From positions 1 through 34,193 of the IMG/VR virus record IMGVR_UViG_3300022863_000005: DNA of 34,193 nt. One strand, 5' to 3'. The translations under genes and the position numbers were made by a program. Shown here one piece after another: positions 1 to 9,389 of the stretch (positions are counted from its first letter, which is position 1; the number at the start of each line of letters is the position of its first letter). The notes below the pieces were generated by a model. That model worked only from the letters and a program-made list of their open reading frames with translations, was not told the DNA's origin and made no database searches. The DNA comes from a virus. Taxonomy: Duplodnaviria; Caudoviricetes.

Positions 1-2176
1 TGATTCGATTTACCCACTTGCCGCGCACCGTTTCGCTGATCCTGTCCCGTGCGCCTTCGATCATGGCGTCAGCCGATTGCAGCGCCAGCGCGGCGCCCCA
101 ATTCATGTCCTGCTCGGCCAGGCGAGGGTCGCGCGGATCGATGCCAACGGCGCGGATTGTGGCGAGCCTGACGGCCATTTCCGCCGTTCGGACCAGATAG
201 CGTTCCTGCTCAGGATCGGCGTCCATGCGCTTCGTGATCGCCTCCTGAAGCTCATCGAAGGCCAGCTCGGCGAATTCGTCGCGCCACGGGGCCATTGCCG
301 GTTGCGATTTCAATTCGATATCGCCGGCGCCGTGATAGGTCGATGCTCCCATATCGCCCAGTCGCCAATAGACCGCATTGACGCCGTCTATGATCTCTTT
401 CGGGACTTCGTGCTTATCTTCTTCGGGCTTGGTGCGCGGCGGGCGCTTGGGGTTTTCGAGGATCAAAAATCGGTTCAAGAGCCCGTTGCGCGTGTCCTGA
501 TCGGAAATGGCGTCGTAAAATTCCTCGGCCGTCGATGTCCCGAAGATCGTCATGGCCGGCGAATAGAGCAGCTTGAACCGCTCGCCGGCGCGCTCCGTCG
601 TCGGAACGATGTCGCCTGACGATCCCCACAACGTCCGCAGCATGGAGGATATGCCCTGTTCGTGCGTGCTGGCCTGCCGGTTCTTGCCGCGCGCCAGGAA
701 AGCCCCGAATTCGTCGATGGCGCAAACGCAGGCCGGCGAGCGCTGGACGGTGTTCACGACGGATGTCTCGGACGTAAACTTGCCCGCGCCGATCAGGTGC
801 GACATTTTCGCGGCGACCAGCACGCGCCCAATAGATTTTAGAGGATGGTCCTTGCCGCCGCCCGTCGAGGCGACGCCGATGGTGTAAAGGTGCGTGCCTG
901 ACTTGGTCGGGCCGCAGAGCTGGCGGCCGGCGACTGTGCCGACGATGGACAGCGCGGCGCCCATGGCGAGCAATGGCTGCTGAAAGTCCGCCGTGGCGAC
1001 GATCCAATCCGCGATCTTGCCGACAAGGCCGGGGCAACGCGCGGGATCGATCCCGTCGAGCCAAGGCGGCCGGCGCGATGGCTTGGGTTTGTCATCTTTG
1101 CGCGCTCTTGGCTTTGGATCATGAAAAATGACGGGCGCCGGCGCTTCGATAACCTCTCCGGTCTCCGCGTCCGCCGTGACGCCGCCGACTTCGACGGTCG
1201 CGCGCGGCTTTGGATCGTGAAAAGTGTCAGACCCCCATCGCGTGATTTCCGCCAGCCATTCAAAAGCCCTGTTCGGATCGGAGCAAAAATTGCAGGCTGT
1301 CACCAGGTCGATGGCCGTGTAACCGTGATCGGCGCCGAAGTCCTTTATGCCGCCGGGCGTGATTTTCAGATTGAGCTTGCGCTTGTCGAGAGGCTTGCCC
1401 GTGCAGGACGCGCGCCAGTCCGCGACGGCCTCCCATCCCGCAGATGTCTTGCGCAGACGATAGAGCGGCAGTTTCGGAACCCATGCGTCGAGATTTGCGA
1501 GCGCGTGCTCGTTGAGGATGCGAAAAGGCGTCTTGTCGTCGCCGGTCGGCGCGCGCCCCGCGATGGCCTTGCGCTCCACCTCGGCGGCGTAGCCAAGGGG
1601 CTTGAGCGCCGCGACGATCAGATCCAGCGCGTTAGCCGGCAGTTCGGGAAGATCCTCAATCGCGATATCTTCAAGCGCGGCCTCGCCAATCCAGACATAG
1701 GGCTTGCCGGTTTCGGGGTGGATGCTACCAGGAACTATGGTTTGCCTTCCCTCGCAAAGAACATCTACCAGCCGCTCGGAGCGGCCGTCCGGCAATTTTC
1801 GACTAAATGGCTTGCTTTCAATTTCGCCGCGATAGAACGACGTCTCGCCTTTCTGGCCGCGCTTGCGGGCGGGCGTATAGGGGAGCGCGCGCCGCATCGC
1901 ATCGGCGGCGTCCTCGGTATCGGCGTCGATGGCGACGACGCCGCCCGAAGCCCGGCCAGTGATGATGCACACGCCACCATCAGGGAGACTGCTCCATATG
2001 TCAGTCTCGCGCTCGGACGGCAGGCGCGAGAGATAGCGCCGCGTCCAATCGCTCATTTTTGTCCAGCGCCCACTAACAACCATTCCCGGCGCCTTCGTGC
2101 CGGGGACAATGGGGACAGCACAATAACCCCTCTCAATAAGCCTGACGCCAACGGTCGCATATGGGGATGTCGTCAT
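1..2176 (-). CDS. Bifunctional primase-polymerase (Prim-Pol) fused to a DUF3987-like P-loop helicase domain; C-terminus runs off the window
   Basis: Absent from the ORF track because there is no stop in the window. My translation: MTTSPYATVGVRLIERGYCAVPIVPGTKAP...VVAIDAD...QTIVPGSIHPETGKPYVW (Prim-Pol motifs), later ASTGGGKD (Walker A), CAIDEFG (Walker B), GLLNRFL. ATG at 2176 overlaps the upstream stop (ATGA). Confidence 0.82.
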   Translation of the reverse strand, partial: MTTSPYATVGVRLIERGYCAVPIVPGTKAPGMVVSGRWTKMSDWTRRYLSRLPSERETDIWSSLPDGGVCIITGRASGGVVAIDADTEDAADAMRRALPYTPARKRGQKGETSFYRGEIESKPFSRKLPDGRSERLVDVLCEGRQTIVPGSIHPETGKPYVWIGEAALEDIAIEDLPELPANALDLIVAALKPLGYAAEVERKAIAGRAPTGDDKTPFRILNEHALANLDAWVPKLPLYRLRKTSAGWEAVADWRASCTGKPLDKRKLNLKITPGGIKDFGADHGYTAIDLVTACNFCSDPNRAFEWLAEITRWGSDTFHDPKPRATVEVGGVTADAETGEVIEAPAPVIFHDPKPRARKDDKPKPSRRPPWLDGIDPARCPGLVGKIADWIVATADFQQPLLAMGAALSIVGTVAGRQLCGPTKSGTHLYTIGVASTGGGKDHPLKSIGRVLVAAKMSHLIGAGKFTSETSVVNTVQRSPACVCAIDEFGAFLARGKNRQASTHEQGISSMLRTLWGSSGDIVPTTERAGERFKLLYSPAMTIFGTSTAEEFYDAISDQDTRNGLLNRFLILENPKRPPRTKPEEDKHEVPKEIIDGVNAVYWRLGDMGASTYHGAGDIELKSQPAMAPWRDEFAELAFDELQEAITKRMDADPEQERYLVRTAEMAVRLATIRAVGIDPRDPRLAEQDMNWGAALALQSADAMIEGARDRISETVRGKWVNRI

Positions 2177-2685
2177 TTATCTACCCCACATGCGCTTGTT
2201 TCTTCGTCGTTAATAGAATTAATAAAATTGTTATATTCTCTGTTAATCCTTCGCCTATCTCGACTTTTTTTCTTCACTACGTCAGAATTTCTCACATAGT
2301 AATCTTTTGATCGCGCTATCTCCTTTTCAGGAGACGCGGCATATCTTTTTATATGCTTCTCTTTTGCGGATTGAGGGTTTTTCTTATTCCATTCCCGTTC
2401 GCGGGCGCGCGCTTTTTCAGGGTCAGATGCGCGTTTGACGTTGGCCCGGTGCCGGACCAATTGCCTATTTTTGTCCGTATATTTGCGCGTGCGCTCGCGC
2501 CCCTTTTCCGGGTCGCTTTCATATTTTGATTTAAGCTTTACCCGAGCGCATTCGGCGCAAGCGCCGTCGCTGGCGTATCGCTCAACCACATGCCCGTGTT
2601 TGCACGGGTTGCCAGTGAAATATCGCTTCGATCCAATCACCTTGGCCTCAGCGCGCGTCTTCGGAAGTTCCTGGCAATTTTCCAT
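2173..2685 (-). CDS. Basic Zn-binding protein resembling the N-terminal part of phage HNH endonucleases, with no HNH domain
   Basis: YFTGNPCKHGHVVERY...CAEC motif followed by K/R-rich helical repeats. TGATG coupling at 2685. AT-richer than its flanks. Confidence 0.6.
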   Translation of the reverse strand: MENCQELPKTRAEAKVIGSKRYFTGNPCKHGHVVERYASDGACAECARVKLKSKYESDPEKGRERTRKYTDKNRQLVRHRANVKRASDPEKARAREREWNKKNPQSAKEKHIKRYAASPEKEIARSKDYYVRNSDVVKKKSRDRRRINREYNNFINSINDEETSACGVDK

Positions 2686-3113
2686 CAGAATGGAGCCGTT
2701 CCTGTCGAGATTTGCTGACGCACGGATTCGCCATAGGCGAGCAGGAAGCTTTCGCAGACGCGCCGCAGTTCGGGCGCCTTTTGCGCGGCGTCGGCGACGG
2801 CCTTGAATTTGACGCCGTCCATGTCCTCCAGGTTGCGCACGCCGTTGGTCCAAAGCGCGCTCAGGAGGACTTCGGCAAACGCGTCGAACGTCTGCCGCGC
2901 CGCTTCGTCAATGGCCTTTTCTTCGTATCGGTCGAGATGCTTGGCCGCCATGTGATAAACGCTTTCAGCGAGAGGGAGGCAGTCGGGATTGTCGCAGATC
3001 CATCCGATGGGCAGGCCGACCTTTGAACAGACGCCGCGCGGGCCAGCGCGCCTGCCGCAGACGCAACAGGTGAATGGTTCGATGTCGCGTTTTTCGCCCA
3101 GGAGGATGGTCAT
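2685..3113 (-). CDS. Hypothetical protein with N-terminal Zn-finger (CCVC...WICDNPDC)
   Basis: Start re-chosen at MTILLGEK (ATGA overlap at 3110-3113). Coupled to both neighbours; C-terminal APF. Confidence 0.65.
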   Translation of the reverse strand: MTILLGEKRDIEPFTCCVCGRRAGPRGVCSKVGLPIGWICDNPDCLPLAESVYHMAAKHLDRYEEKAIDEAARQTFDAFAEVLLSALWTNGVRNLEDMDGVKFKAVADAAQKAPELRRVCESFLLAYGESVRQQISTGTAPF

Positions 3114-3307
3114 GCGTCGGCCTTCCGACAGAAATCCTGGCAACGGAAACGCGAATCCGTCGTCTCGCCTTCGTTCGTTGATGCTGGATTTCCACACCGT
3201 CCGACGGTTGTTTCGACCTGCAGCCACGATTTGCAGGTTTCGCAGCAGTTCGGAGGCCAGCGAAGCCATGATGGAGCCGGCATTGCGTCTTGCTTTTGGT
3301 TGCTCAT
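3110..3307 (-). CDS. Small Cys-rich hypothetical protein
   Basis: 65 aa, CCETC...C...C pattern, ATGA overlaps at both ends. Confidence 0.55.
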   Translation of the reverse strand: MSNQKQDAMPAPSWLRWPPNCCETCKSWLQVETTVGRCGNPASTNEGETTDSRFRCQDFCRKADA

Positions 3308-4992
3308 TCCGTCGCCTCCCTCACGATTTGCAGCGCCACTGGCCGCGCGTTCAATTTGTCGTCAATCTCGACGATCCGCCCGTCGGGGCGCCGCACGCGC
3401 CAGCCGCTCACGCGCCAATATTTCCCGTCGCGTTGGATCGTGATTGCGAGAATGTGCGCCTCGTCCGCCAACCGCGCGACGCCGTCGGCGACGCTGGCTG
3501 GCGCGGGCGTTCCGACGATGGACCGCCACCACTTCGCGGCCTTCGCGCCCGCAAAGCCAGGATGCTCGACGCAAATCCATTCCCGATATTCGGTGACGCC
3601 GACGTAATACTCGACGCGCATCGACGGAATGGAGCCGGGCTTTTCGTGCCGCGCGGCGTCGACGCTCGCGACCTGGAGCCAGCGGTTCACAATCTCGCGC
3701 GACATTACGGCGGCGTCGGTATCCGCGCGCGCATGGTGTTTTGGCTCTGCCGGGCGCTCCCACTCGTAGCCGCAGCCAGTGCACTCATAGACGCGGACAG
3801 AAACGAGCGTCTCGCAATGAGGGCAGGCTTTCGCCTTGACGGCGTCGACCTCGGTCCGGCCTCCGCCATCGCTCTTGACGCTACGCCCGCTGATATGGAT
3901 TGCGTCAACCGGCCCGTGGCGCCGCACATTCTCAGCGAAGTCTAGAACGAGACAGTCGGCTTTGCCTTCGTTGAGGCGCGTCCCGCGTCCGAGCATTTGG
4001 ACATAGAGCGAGGTCGAAAGCGTCGGGCGAAGCATGGCGATCAGGTCGCAGATCGGCGCATCGAAGCCCGTCGTCAGGACGTTCGCGTTCGTCAGGCATT
4101 TGATCCGGCCTTCGCGGAAGTCGCGAATGATCCGGTCGCGGTCGCCTTTCGTCGTCTCGCCTGTCACCATTTCGGCATGAATTCCGCGCGCCCGCAGCGC
4201 ATCGCGCACGGCCTCGGCATGGGCGACGCCAGCGCAGAAGGCGAGCCAGGCGCGCCGATCCGCGCCCTTGGAGACAATTTCGTCGCACGCCGCCTGCGTC
4301 ACGATGTCCTTGTTCACGGCAGCCTCCAACGCCCCCGCGACAAACTCGCCACCGGCGCACTTGACCTCCGAAACATCGATCACGGCGCCCGTGCGGCGAC
4401 AGGTGAGCGGCGACAGATAACCATCGTCGACGCCGCGCCCGATGTCGTAGGAGCAGACCACATCGTCAAAAAGCGCGTCGCCGCCGTCGTCCAGCCGCCC
4501 AGAATCGAGCCGGTATGGCGTGGCCGTGAAGCCAGCGATGCGCAGGCCGGGCATGGCCAGCTTCATCTTGTCGATGAGCTTGCGATATTGGCCGTTGCCG
4601 CTCTTGGGGATCAAGTGCGCTTCATCGACGATGATGACATGGCGCGGCCCGAGCGAATGCGCGTCCTCTTTGGCGACGGACTGGATCGAGGCGTAGAGTA
4701 TCTGCGAACGCTTGTCGCGCCGGCCGAGACCCGCCGCATTGATCCCGACGGGCGCCTGCGGCCATGAGCGCAAGAGCGCATTGGCGTTTTGTTGGACCAA
4801 TTCCTTGACGTGCACCAGCATCAAAATACGGACGTCGGGATCGGCCTCGATCAGCCTGCGAACAAGCGTCGATATGACGATGCTTTTTCCGGTTCCCGTC
4901 GCCATGTCGCAGAGCGGGTTGCCGCCGCCGCCAGCCCAATAGTCGATGATCGAGGAGATTGCCTCCTCCTGGTAGGGGCGAAGATGCGTCAC
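3304..4992 (-). CDS. Superfamily 2 DEAH-box helicase with C-terminal Zn ribbon (RadD/YejH-like)
   Basis: LRPYQ, ATGTGKS, VDEAH, FTATP, LTTGFDAP, QMLGRGTR, CPHC...CTGC. Confidence 0.92.
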   Translation of the reverse strand: MTHLRPYQEEAISSIIDYWAGGGGNPLCDMATGTGKSIVISTLVRRLIEADPDVRILMLVHVKELVQQNANALLRSWPQAPVGINAAGLGRRDKRSQILYASIQSVAKEDAHSLGPRHVIIVDEAHLIPKSGNGQYRKLIDKMKLAMPGLRIAGFTATPYRLDSGRLDDGGDALFDDVVCSYDIGRGVDDGYLSPLTCRRTGAVIDVSEVKCAGGEFVAGALEAAVNKDIVTQAACDEIVSKGADRRAWLAFCAGVAHAEAVRDALRARGIHAEMVTGETTKGDRDRIIRDFREGRIKCLTNANVLTTGFDAPICDLIAMLRPTLSTSLYVQMLGRGTRLNEGKADCLVLDFAENVRRHGPVDAIHISGRSVKSDGGGRTEVDAVKAKACPHCETLVSVRVYECTGCGYEWERPAEPKHHARADTDAAVMSREIVNRWLQVASVDAARHEKPGSIPSMRVEYYVGVTEYREWICVEHPGFAGAKAAKWWRSIVGTPAPASVADGVARLADEAHILAITIQRDGKYWRVSGWRVRRPDGRIVEIDDKLNARPVALQIVREATE

Positions 4993-5990
4993 GCCGCGCC
5001 CTCCTCGTCATTGGGGATAGGAGCAAACCCCGTCTGAATAATGCGCGGGTATCCTGGAGGTTGAACGGTCAGTTCGGAAAGCAGATCATGCGCGGGTCCG
5101 AGTCGTTCGGCCTCTTCGAGATATTTGCAGGCCTGCCGAAAATAGGACGGCTTCAGCTCGGTGCCGATGAAGCGGCGGCCATTGCGAAGCGAGACATAGC
5201 CCTCCGATCCGACGCCCGTAAACGGAGAATAGACGACTTCGCCTGGGTTGGAATATTGGAGGATAAGACGTTTCGTAATGTCGAGCGGCATCGGGCAAAG
5301 GTGCTTTTCGGCGTCCCCGCCCCGCGCAATCCTGACGTTCAGCGTGTCGGTTTCGTCAGTATCGGTCCAAAGGTCTTCGATCTGATAGGACGGTTGAGCC
5401 ATGTCCTGCCACATTTCGAGCGGGAAATTCGCAGGGGAATGCAGCACGGGCGGCGTCTCCTCCATGCCTTCGGCCCATTTGCGAAAGACGACGACATATT
5501 CTGGCAAGCCGCCGCCCGTCCGCGCGCCATCGGTGCGAAAATTCTTGTAAAGCAGCCGGTCGGATTTTGTTTTTTGCATTTCACGAACGGGACAGCGCCA
5601 GATCGTGATGCGCCGATGATAGGTCCAGCCCTCTTCGATGTGCGTGCGAATGCAATCGCCCGTGAAGTCGCGGAGGCCACGGTCGCCCTTCTCGCTGGCG
5701 TTGGAATAATAGACCAAGTCCTTGACGTGAATCGCCGTCAGCCGCCCCGGCTTGGTGACGCGGAACAGGTCGCGGACCAATGGCCGATAGGCGATCTGAA
5801 AAGCCGCGTCGCCCTCGACGTTTCCCATGTCGCGCTCGGATTCGGAATAGATGTAGAGCGAGGAAAACGGCGGCGAGTAGACGGAAAAATCGACGCTGTT
5901 CTCTGGCATCTTGGCCGTAAATTCGACGGTGTCGCAGTTGTAGGCGGAAAAGGATTTTCCATGTTTTTCGGCGAAAACTTCGGCGGTCAT
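4989..5990 (-). CDS. Amino (N4-C/N6-A) DNA methyltransferase, beta-class motif order
   Basis: Catalytic-type YSPPF near the N-terminus, HLCPMP, SAM-binding SPFTGVGS, FIGTELK. Start MTAEVF at the ATGA overlap. Confidence 0.86.
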   Translation of the reverse strand: MTAEVFAEKHGKSFSAYNCDTVEFTAKMPENSVDFSVYSPPFSSLYIYSESERDMGNVEGDAAFQIAYRPLVRDLFRVTKPGRLTAIHVKDLVYYSNASEKGDRGLRDFTGDCIRTHIEEGWTYHRRITIWRCPVREMQKTKSDRLLYKNFRTDGARTGGGLPEYVVVFRKWAEGMEETPPVLHSPANFPLEMWQDMAQPSYQIEDLWTDTDETDTLNVRIARGGDAEKHLCPMPLDITKRLILQYSNPGEVVYSPFTGVGSEGYVSLRNGRRFIGTELKPSYFRQACKYLEEAERLGPAHDLLSELTVQPPGYPRIIQTGFAPIPNDEEGAA

Positions 5991-7405
5991 GAGCGCGCTC
6001 CAATAAGCCAAGCGGGCAGTGTGGCCGGCTTGTCGGGATGATAGGTTTCAAGGATTTGCCGCGACTGGACGGCGCGAGCCATCGCCGCCGACATTTCGAC
6101 CTTCATGCGACCGTGATCGGCGCCCTTGCGGTTGACGTTGGCGACGATTTCCGCCTCGGTGTCGGCAACGACGATATGAGCCGTGACGGGCCGCTTTTGC
6201 CCGAAGCGCCAGAAGCGGCGCACGGCCTGATAAAAAGCCTCGTAGGAATGCGACAGGCCGCAGAATATCGTCACGTTGCAGTGTTGCCAGTTGAGGCCGA
6301 ATCCCGCGATCTTCGGCTTGGTCAGGATGATGCGGACTTCGCCCTTGGAGAAACCGTCCAGCAGTTCCTCCTTCCGGTCTGGCGACATGGAGCCATGAAC
6401 CTCGACGACACCCACCACGGCCTCGCGCACGGCATCGGCCTCGTAATCGGTATCAACCCAAATGCAGATCGGCGTCCCGTCGGGATAGCCGGAGACGATC
6501 TCCGCGACCTTGGCGGCGCGCGCCTTGGCCGTCAGCCGCTTCTCGCCATGAATTGCGGTCGCGGACCTGTCCGGGATGCGGAAAAGCCGAAGCTGTCCGC
6601 CGTTCTTTTCCTCGCCTGCGCTAACCGATCGATCCGCCGCGATGATATGGCGCTCGATCTTTAATTCCGGCAAAACGAACCCGTCGTCGGAAAAGCCCAG
6701 ATCGGATGGCTTGGAGACGCACCGCGCCCATGAGGCAACCCAATCCCAGAACGGGCGCACGGCAGGTTTCTTGAGCCGGTAGACGCCCGCGTTAGCCTGG
6801 TCGGCGATGAAAAACCGTGACAGCATTTCCGACGACGGCATGACGCCGAGGAAAGACGAGTGCTGTCCAAGCTCCGTGTGATCGTTGGGCGCGGGCGTGG
6901 CAGATCCTGCGAGGCGAAAGCGCGTCTGCGAAAAGGTATCGATCAGCTTGCGCGTCGTGACGCCCGTAAACGATTTCAGGATTGAGCTTTCGTCCAGGAT
7001 GACGCCGGCATAGTCGTGCGGATCGAACCGGTCTAGGCGCTCGTAATTAGTGATAACGATGCGCGGCGTTTCGGGCGGCGCGCCAAAGCGCGATATTTTC
7101 GCGTCGATGCCCATGCGATCGGCTTCGCGCACATGCTGCGCAGAGACCGCCAGCGGCGCCAGCATCAGGACGGGCTTGTTTTCCGCCTCGACGACGCAGC
7201 GCCCCCATTCCAGCATCATCGCGGTTTTGCCGAGGCCAGTGTCATAAAAAAGCGCATCGCGCCCGCCGCGAAGGGCAAACTCGACGCCGTGCCGCTGATG
7301 ATCGAACAGCGTCGAGTTGAGTTCGGGTGTGTGCGTCAGGCCATGCAGTAGGGCTTGCGGACGCTTGGAGGCGCATGCCGCGCGGTAAGCGGTCAGGTCG
7401 CTCAT
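5987..7405 (-). CDS. SNF2-like phage helicase
   Basis: LFDHQ, DTGLGKT, ITNYERL, ILDESS, SATPAPND, GFGLNWQ, QAVRRFWRFGQ. Confidence 0.86.
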   Translation of the reverse strand: MSDLTAYRAACASKRPQALLHGLTHTPELNSTLFDHQRHGVEFALRGGRDALFYDTGLGKTAMMLEWGRCVVEAENKPVLMLAPLAVSAQHVREADRMGIDAKISRFGAPPETPRIVITNYERLDRFDPHDYAGVILDESSILKSFTGVTTRKLIDTFSQTRFRLAGSATPAPNDHTELGQHSSFLGVMPSSEMLSRFFIADQANAGVYRLKKPAVRPFWDWVASWARCVSKPSDLGFSDDGFVLPELKIERHIIAADRSVSAGEEKNGGQLRLFRIPDRSATAIHGEKRLTAKARAAKVAEIVSGYPDGTPICIWVDTDYEADAVREAVVGVVEVHGSMSPDRKEELLDGFSKGEVRIILTKPKIAGFGLNWQHCNVTIFCGLSHSYEAFYQAVRRFWRFGQKRPVTAHIVVADTEAEIVANVNRKGADHGRMKVEMSAAMARAVQSRQILETYHPDKPATLPAWLIGARS

Positions 7406-7581
7406 GCCGACTTCCTTTCGAGCCAGCGCACGCGCGGAAGCGAAACGACGGCGGTTATTCCCGGCCCAATGCCGACAGAGATGGACCGATCGAACACCTC
7501 ACGCGTGACGGCCTCGATCTTGAAATCCGGGCGCGTCTCAAATGTCTTGCCGCGCTCGGCGGAAACCTTGGCGTCATTCAT
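7402..7581 (-). CDS. Hypothetical 59-aa protein (MNDAKVSAERG...VSLPRVRWLERKSA)
   Basis: Below the ORF-track cutoff. Fills the gap exactly, with ATGA overlaps at both ends. Confidence 0.58.
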   Translation of the reverse strand: MNDAKVSAERGKTFETRPDFKIEAVTREVFDRSISVGIGPGITAVVSLPRVRWLERKSA

Positions 7582-8531
7582 GGCCGCAATCCCTCTTTGC
7601 TGTCGACGCCATCGGTCCAGAGCCTGCCGCCAACTACAAGGCGATAGGTTACGGTCGCGGCGTCTTCGTCGGCGTCGATCTGTTCGCCGGGCACGATGTC
7701 GGGAAGGAACAAGTGCGCAGGACAGGCCGCCTTCTGTTGCTCAAGCGTCAGCTCGGCGCCCGTCGATCCGCAGCGCCAGCGGCCTTCGCCCGTCAGCGTG
7801 ACGTGCAGGCATGTCCGGCAGTTGACGCGGGGGAAATCATCATAGCGGCAGACGCGCTCGTGCTTGCACCACTTGCAGGCGTAGCTTTCGATCTTGGCCG
7901 GCGGCCGATCCGACCATGCGATGCGTTCTGCCTTGACCGTCAGGCAGATGACGGCTTGCGGATCGATCTTGACGCGCTCGGTCTCGACTTCATCGGTGTT
8001 CTTGTTCACGGCCATGAACAGCGTGCGATCGATCCCATGCGCGGACATTCCGATCTGGACTTGCGCCCAATAAGTAGAGCTGAATTTTTCCAGGCCGAGC
8101 TTGCGCCATTTGGTGAAATTGGCATCGGACATCGTCTTGCATTCGACGATGTGCAGAGCCTTCGCGGCGCCAGGGATGCCCTTTGCCTTGGCGTCGAGCT
8201 TGGAGACGACGACGCCGTTGACGAAGGTCGCCTCCCATTGCTGGCGCGTGTTCGGATCTAGCGAGGCAACAGCGCAGCCGATGGCGCGCAGATCGTCCAG
8301 CATTCGGACTTCTTCGCGATGGCCGGTCTGGAAAAGCCGCAGCTTGCGGCCTTCGATTTTCTCATGAGGCGAGACCCATCGGAAGTCGTACCAGATCGCC
8401 CGGTCGCACTCCTTGCCGATGGACGAGGCGCCAATGCGCGCACTGTCTCGCGGCGTCTCGCTGGCCTCGTAGTGACGCTCAATCGCGAGCGCCACGGGGG
8501 ATTTTATGGCTTCGATCTTTGCCATAGTCAC
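7578..8531 (-). CDS. Cas4-like PD-(D/E)XK exonuclease with probable Fe-S cluster cysteines
   Basis: GASSIGKECDRAIWY, KLDA...IVECKT, YWAQVQ, CKWCKHERVC. Sits in the usual exonuclease/SSB/Sak4 recombination cluster. Confidence 0.8.
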   Translation of the reverse strand: MTMAKIEAIKSPVALAIERHYEASETPRDSARIGASSIGKECDRAIWYDFRWVSPHEKIEGRKLRLFQTGHREEVRMLDDLRAIGCAVASLDPNTRQQWEATFVNGVVVSKLDAKAKGIPGAAKALHIVECKTMSDANFTKWRKLGLEKFSSTYWAQVQIGMSAHGIDRTLFMAVNKNTDEVETERVKIDPQAVICLTVKAERIAWSDRPPAKIESYACKWCKHERVCRYDDFPRVNCRTCLHVTLTGEGRWRCGSTGAELTLEQQKAACPAHLFLPDIVPGEQIDADEDAATVTYRLVVGGRLWTDGVDSKEGLRP

Positions 8532-9298
8532 AAGCTCCGCGAAGTTTCGGAGGTGACGCCGTCGGGGAGCTTGCCTTTGGCCTTGCGGTAATCGCGCGCC
8601 GCCGTCTTGATGGCGTCGGCGATCTTTTCGGGCAGAATGCCGCCGCGCTCTTTGAGAATGGCTTTGATCGCCTTGGCCGCATCCTCGATTATCAATTCTT
8701 CGGTCGTGCGGCGCGAAAGCGCGCGGCCAAAGCCGCCGACGATCTTGACGGCGGAATCGCGCTCGGCAATTTCCGCCGCGCGTTGCGCGCGCTCCATTTC
8801 GGCGAAAGCCGCGTCGGCCTCCAATGTCGCCGCTCCGACATCGGTAAACTCTCCAACTTCGGCGCCCTCTTTGGCCTCGGTCTCGCGCGCCTCGGCTTCG
8901 CGCGCCAGCCGTTCCTTTTCCGCCAGCGCCTCTTGAGCGGCGCGCGCCTCGGCGGCCCGGCGCTTTTCCTCGGCGTCAATGAACCGATCCAGCCGCGCCT
9001 TGACTTCGTTCAGGAGCTTCTCGAGCGGCTCGCGCGCCTCGCGAAACTCGGCGTTGATCCCCTTCACCTTTTCGTTGAGGGGGCGAACGATCCCGTCGCG
9101 GGTTTTTTCGAGTTCGTCCAGCGACGCCTTGGCGCGATCGATGAACAGCTTGGCCTCTTTGGCTTCCTCCAGCGTTTGAACAACGGGCCGGTTTTTCAAA
9201 TATTCGGCCAGCGCGTCGAAAGTGATTTTTGCCATGTCGATTGGCGAGGGCGGATTATTGGCGCCGGCGATGGCGCGCGGGTTTTCAAGAGCGGTCAT
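8528..9298 (-). CDS. Coiled-coil hypothetical phage recombination-module protein
   Basis: 256 aa, A/E/R-rich heptads, starts with GANNPP, ATGA/GTGA coupling to the next gene. Confidence 0.75.
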   Translation of the reverse strand: MTALENPRAIAGANNPPSPIDMAKITFDALAEYLKNRPVVQTLEEAKEAKLFIDRAKASLDELEKTRDGIVRPLNEKVKGINAEFREAREPLEKLLNEVKARLDRFIDAEEKRRAAEARAAQEALAEKERLAREAEARETEAKEGAEVGEFTDVGAATLEADAAFAEMERAQRAAEIAERDSAVKIVGGFGRALSRRTTEELIIEDAAKAIKAILKERGGILPEKIADAIKTAARDYRKAKGKLPDGVTSETSRSL

Positions 9299-9353
9299 TT
9301 TGGCAAGCCTGTAGCGTTCGCGGAAACGATGTTCCGCGTTGGTTTCGGGAGAT

Positions 9354-9374
9354 GGCCGGGCGCGAGGCCCGGCC
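9354..9374 (-). terminator. GC-rich hairpin downstream of the SSB-like gene (weak terminator or stability hairpin)
   Basis: GGCCGGGC-N5-GCCCGGCC. No clear U-tract. Confidence 0.33.
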
Positions 9375-9389
9375 TATGAGTTCAGAGGA

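Noticed and set aside
77-2299. Long plus-strand ORFs 77-619 and 1121-2299
   Set aside because: Antisense shadows of the minus-strand primase-helicase gene, which has clear motifs; typical of high-GC codon bias.
2989-8261. Long plus-strand ORFs (2989-3945, 3997-4767, 4959-6041, 6038-6664, 7542-8261)
   Set aside because: Shadow frames opposite well-supported helicase, methyltransferase and nuclease genes; no motifs or convincing RBS.
7578-8531. Cas4-like gene as a sign of a CRISPR system
   Set aside because: No repeat-spacer array or other cas genes; solo Cas4-like nucleases are normal in phage recombination modules.
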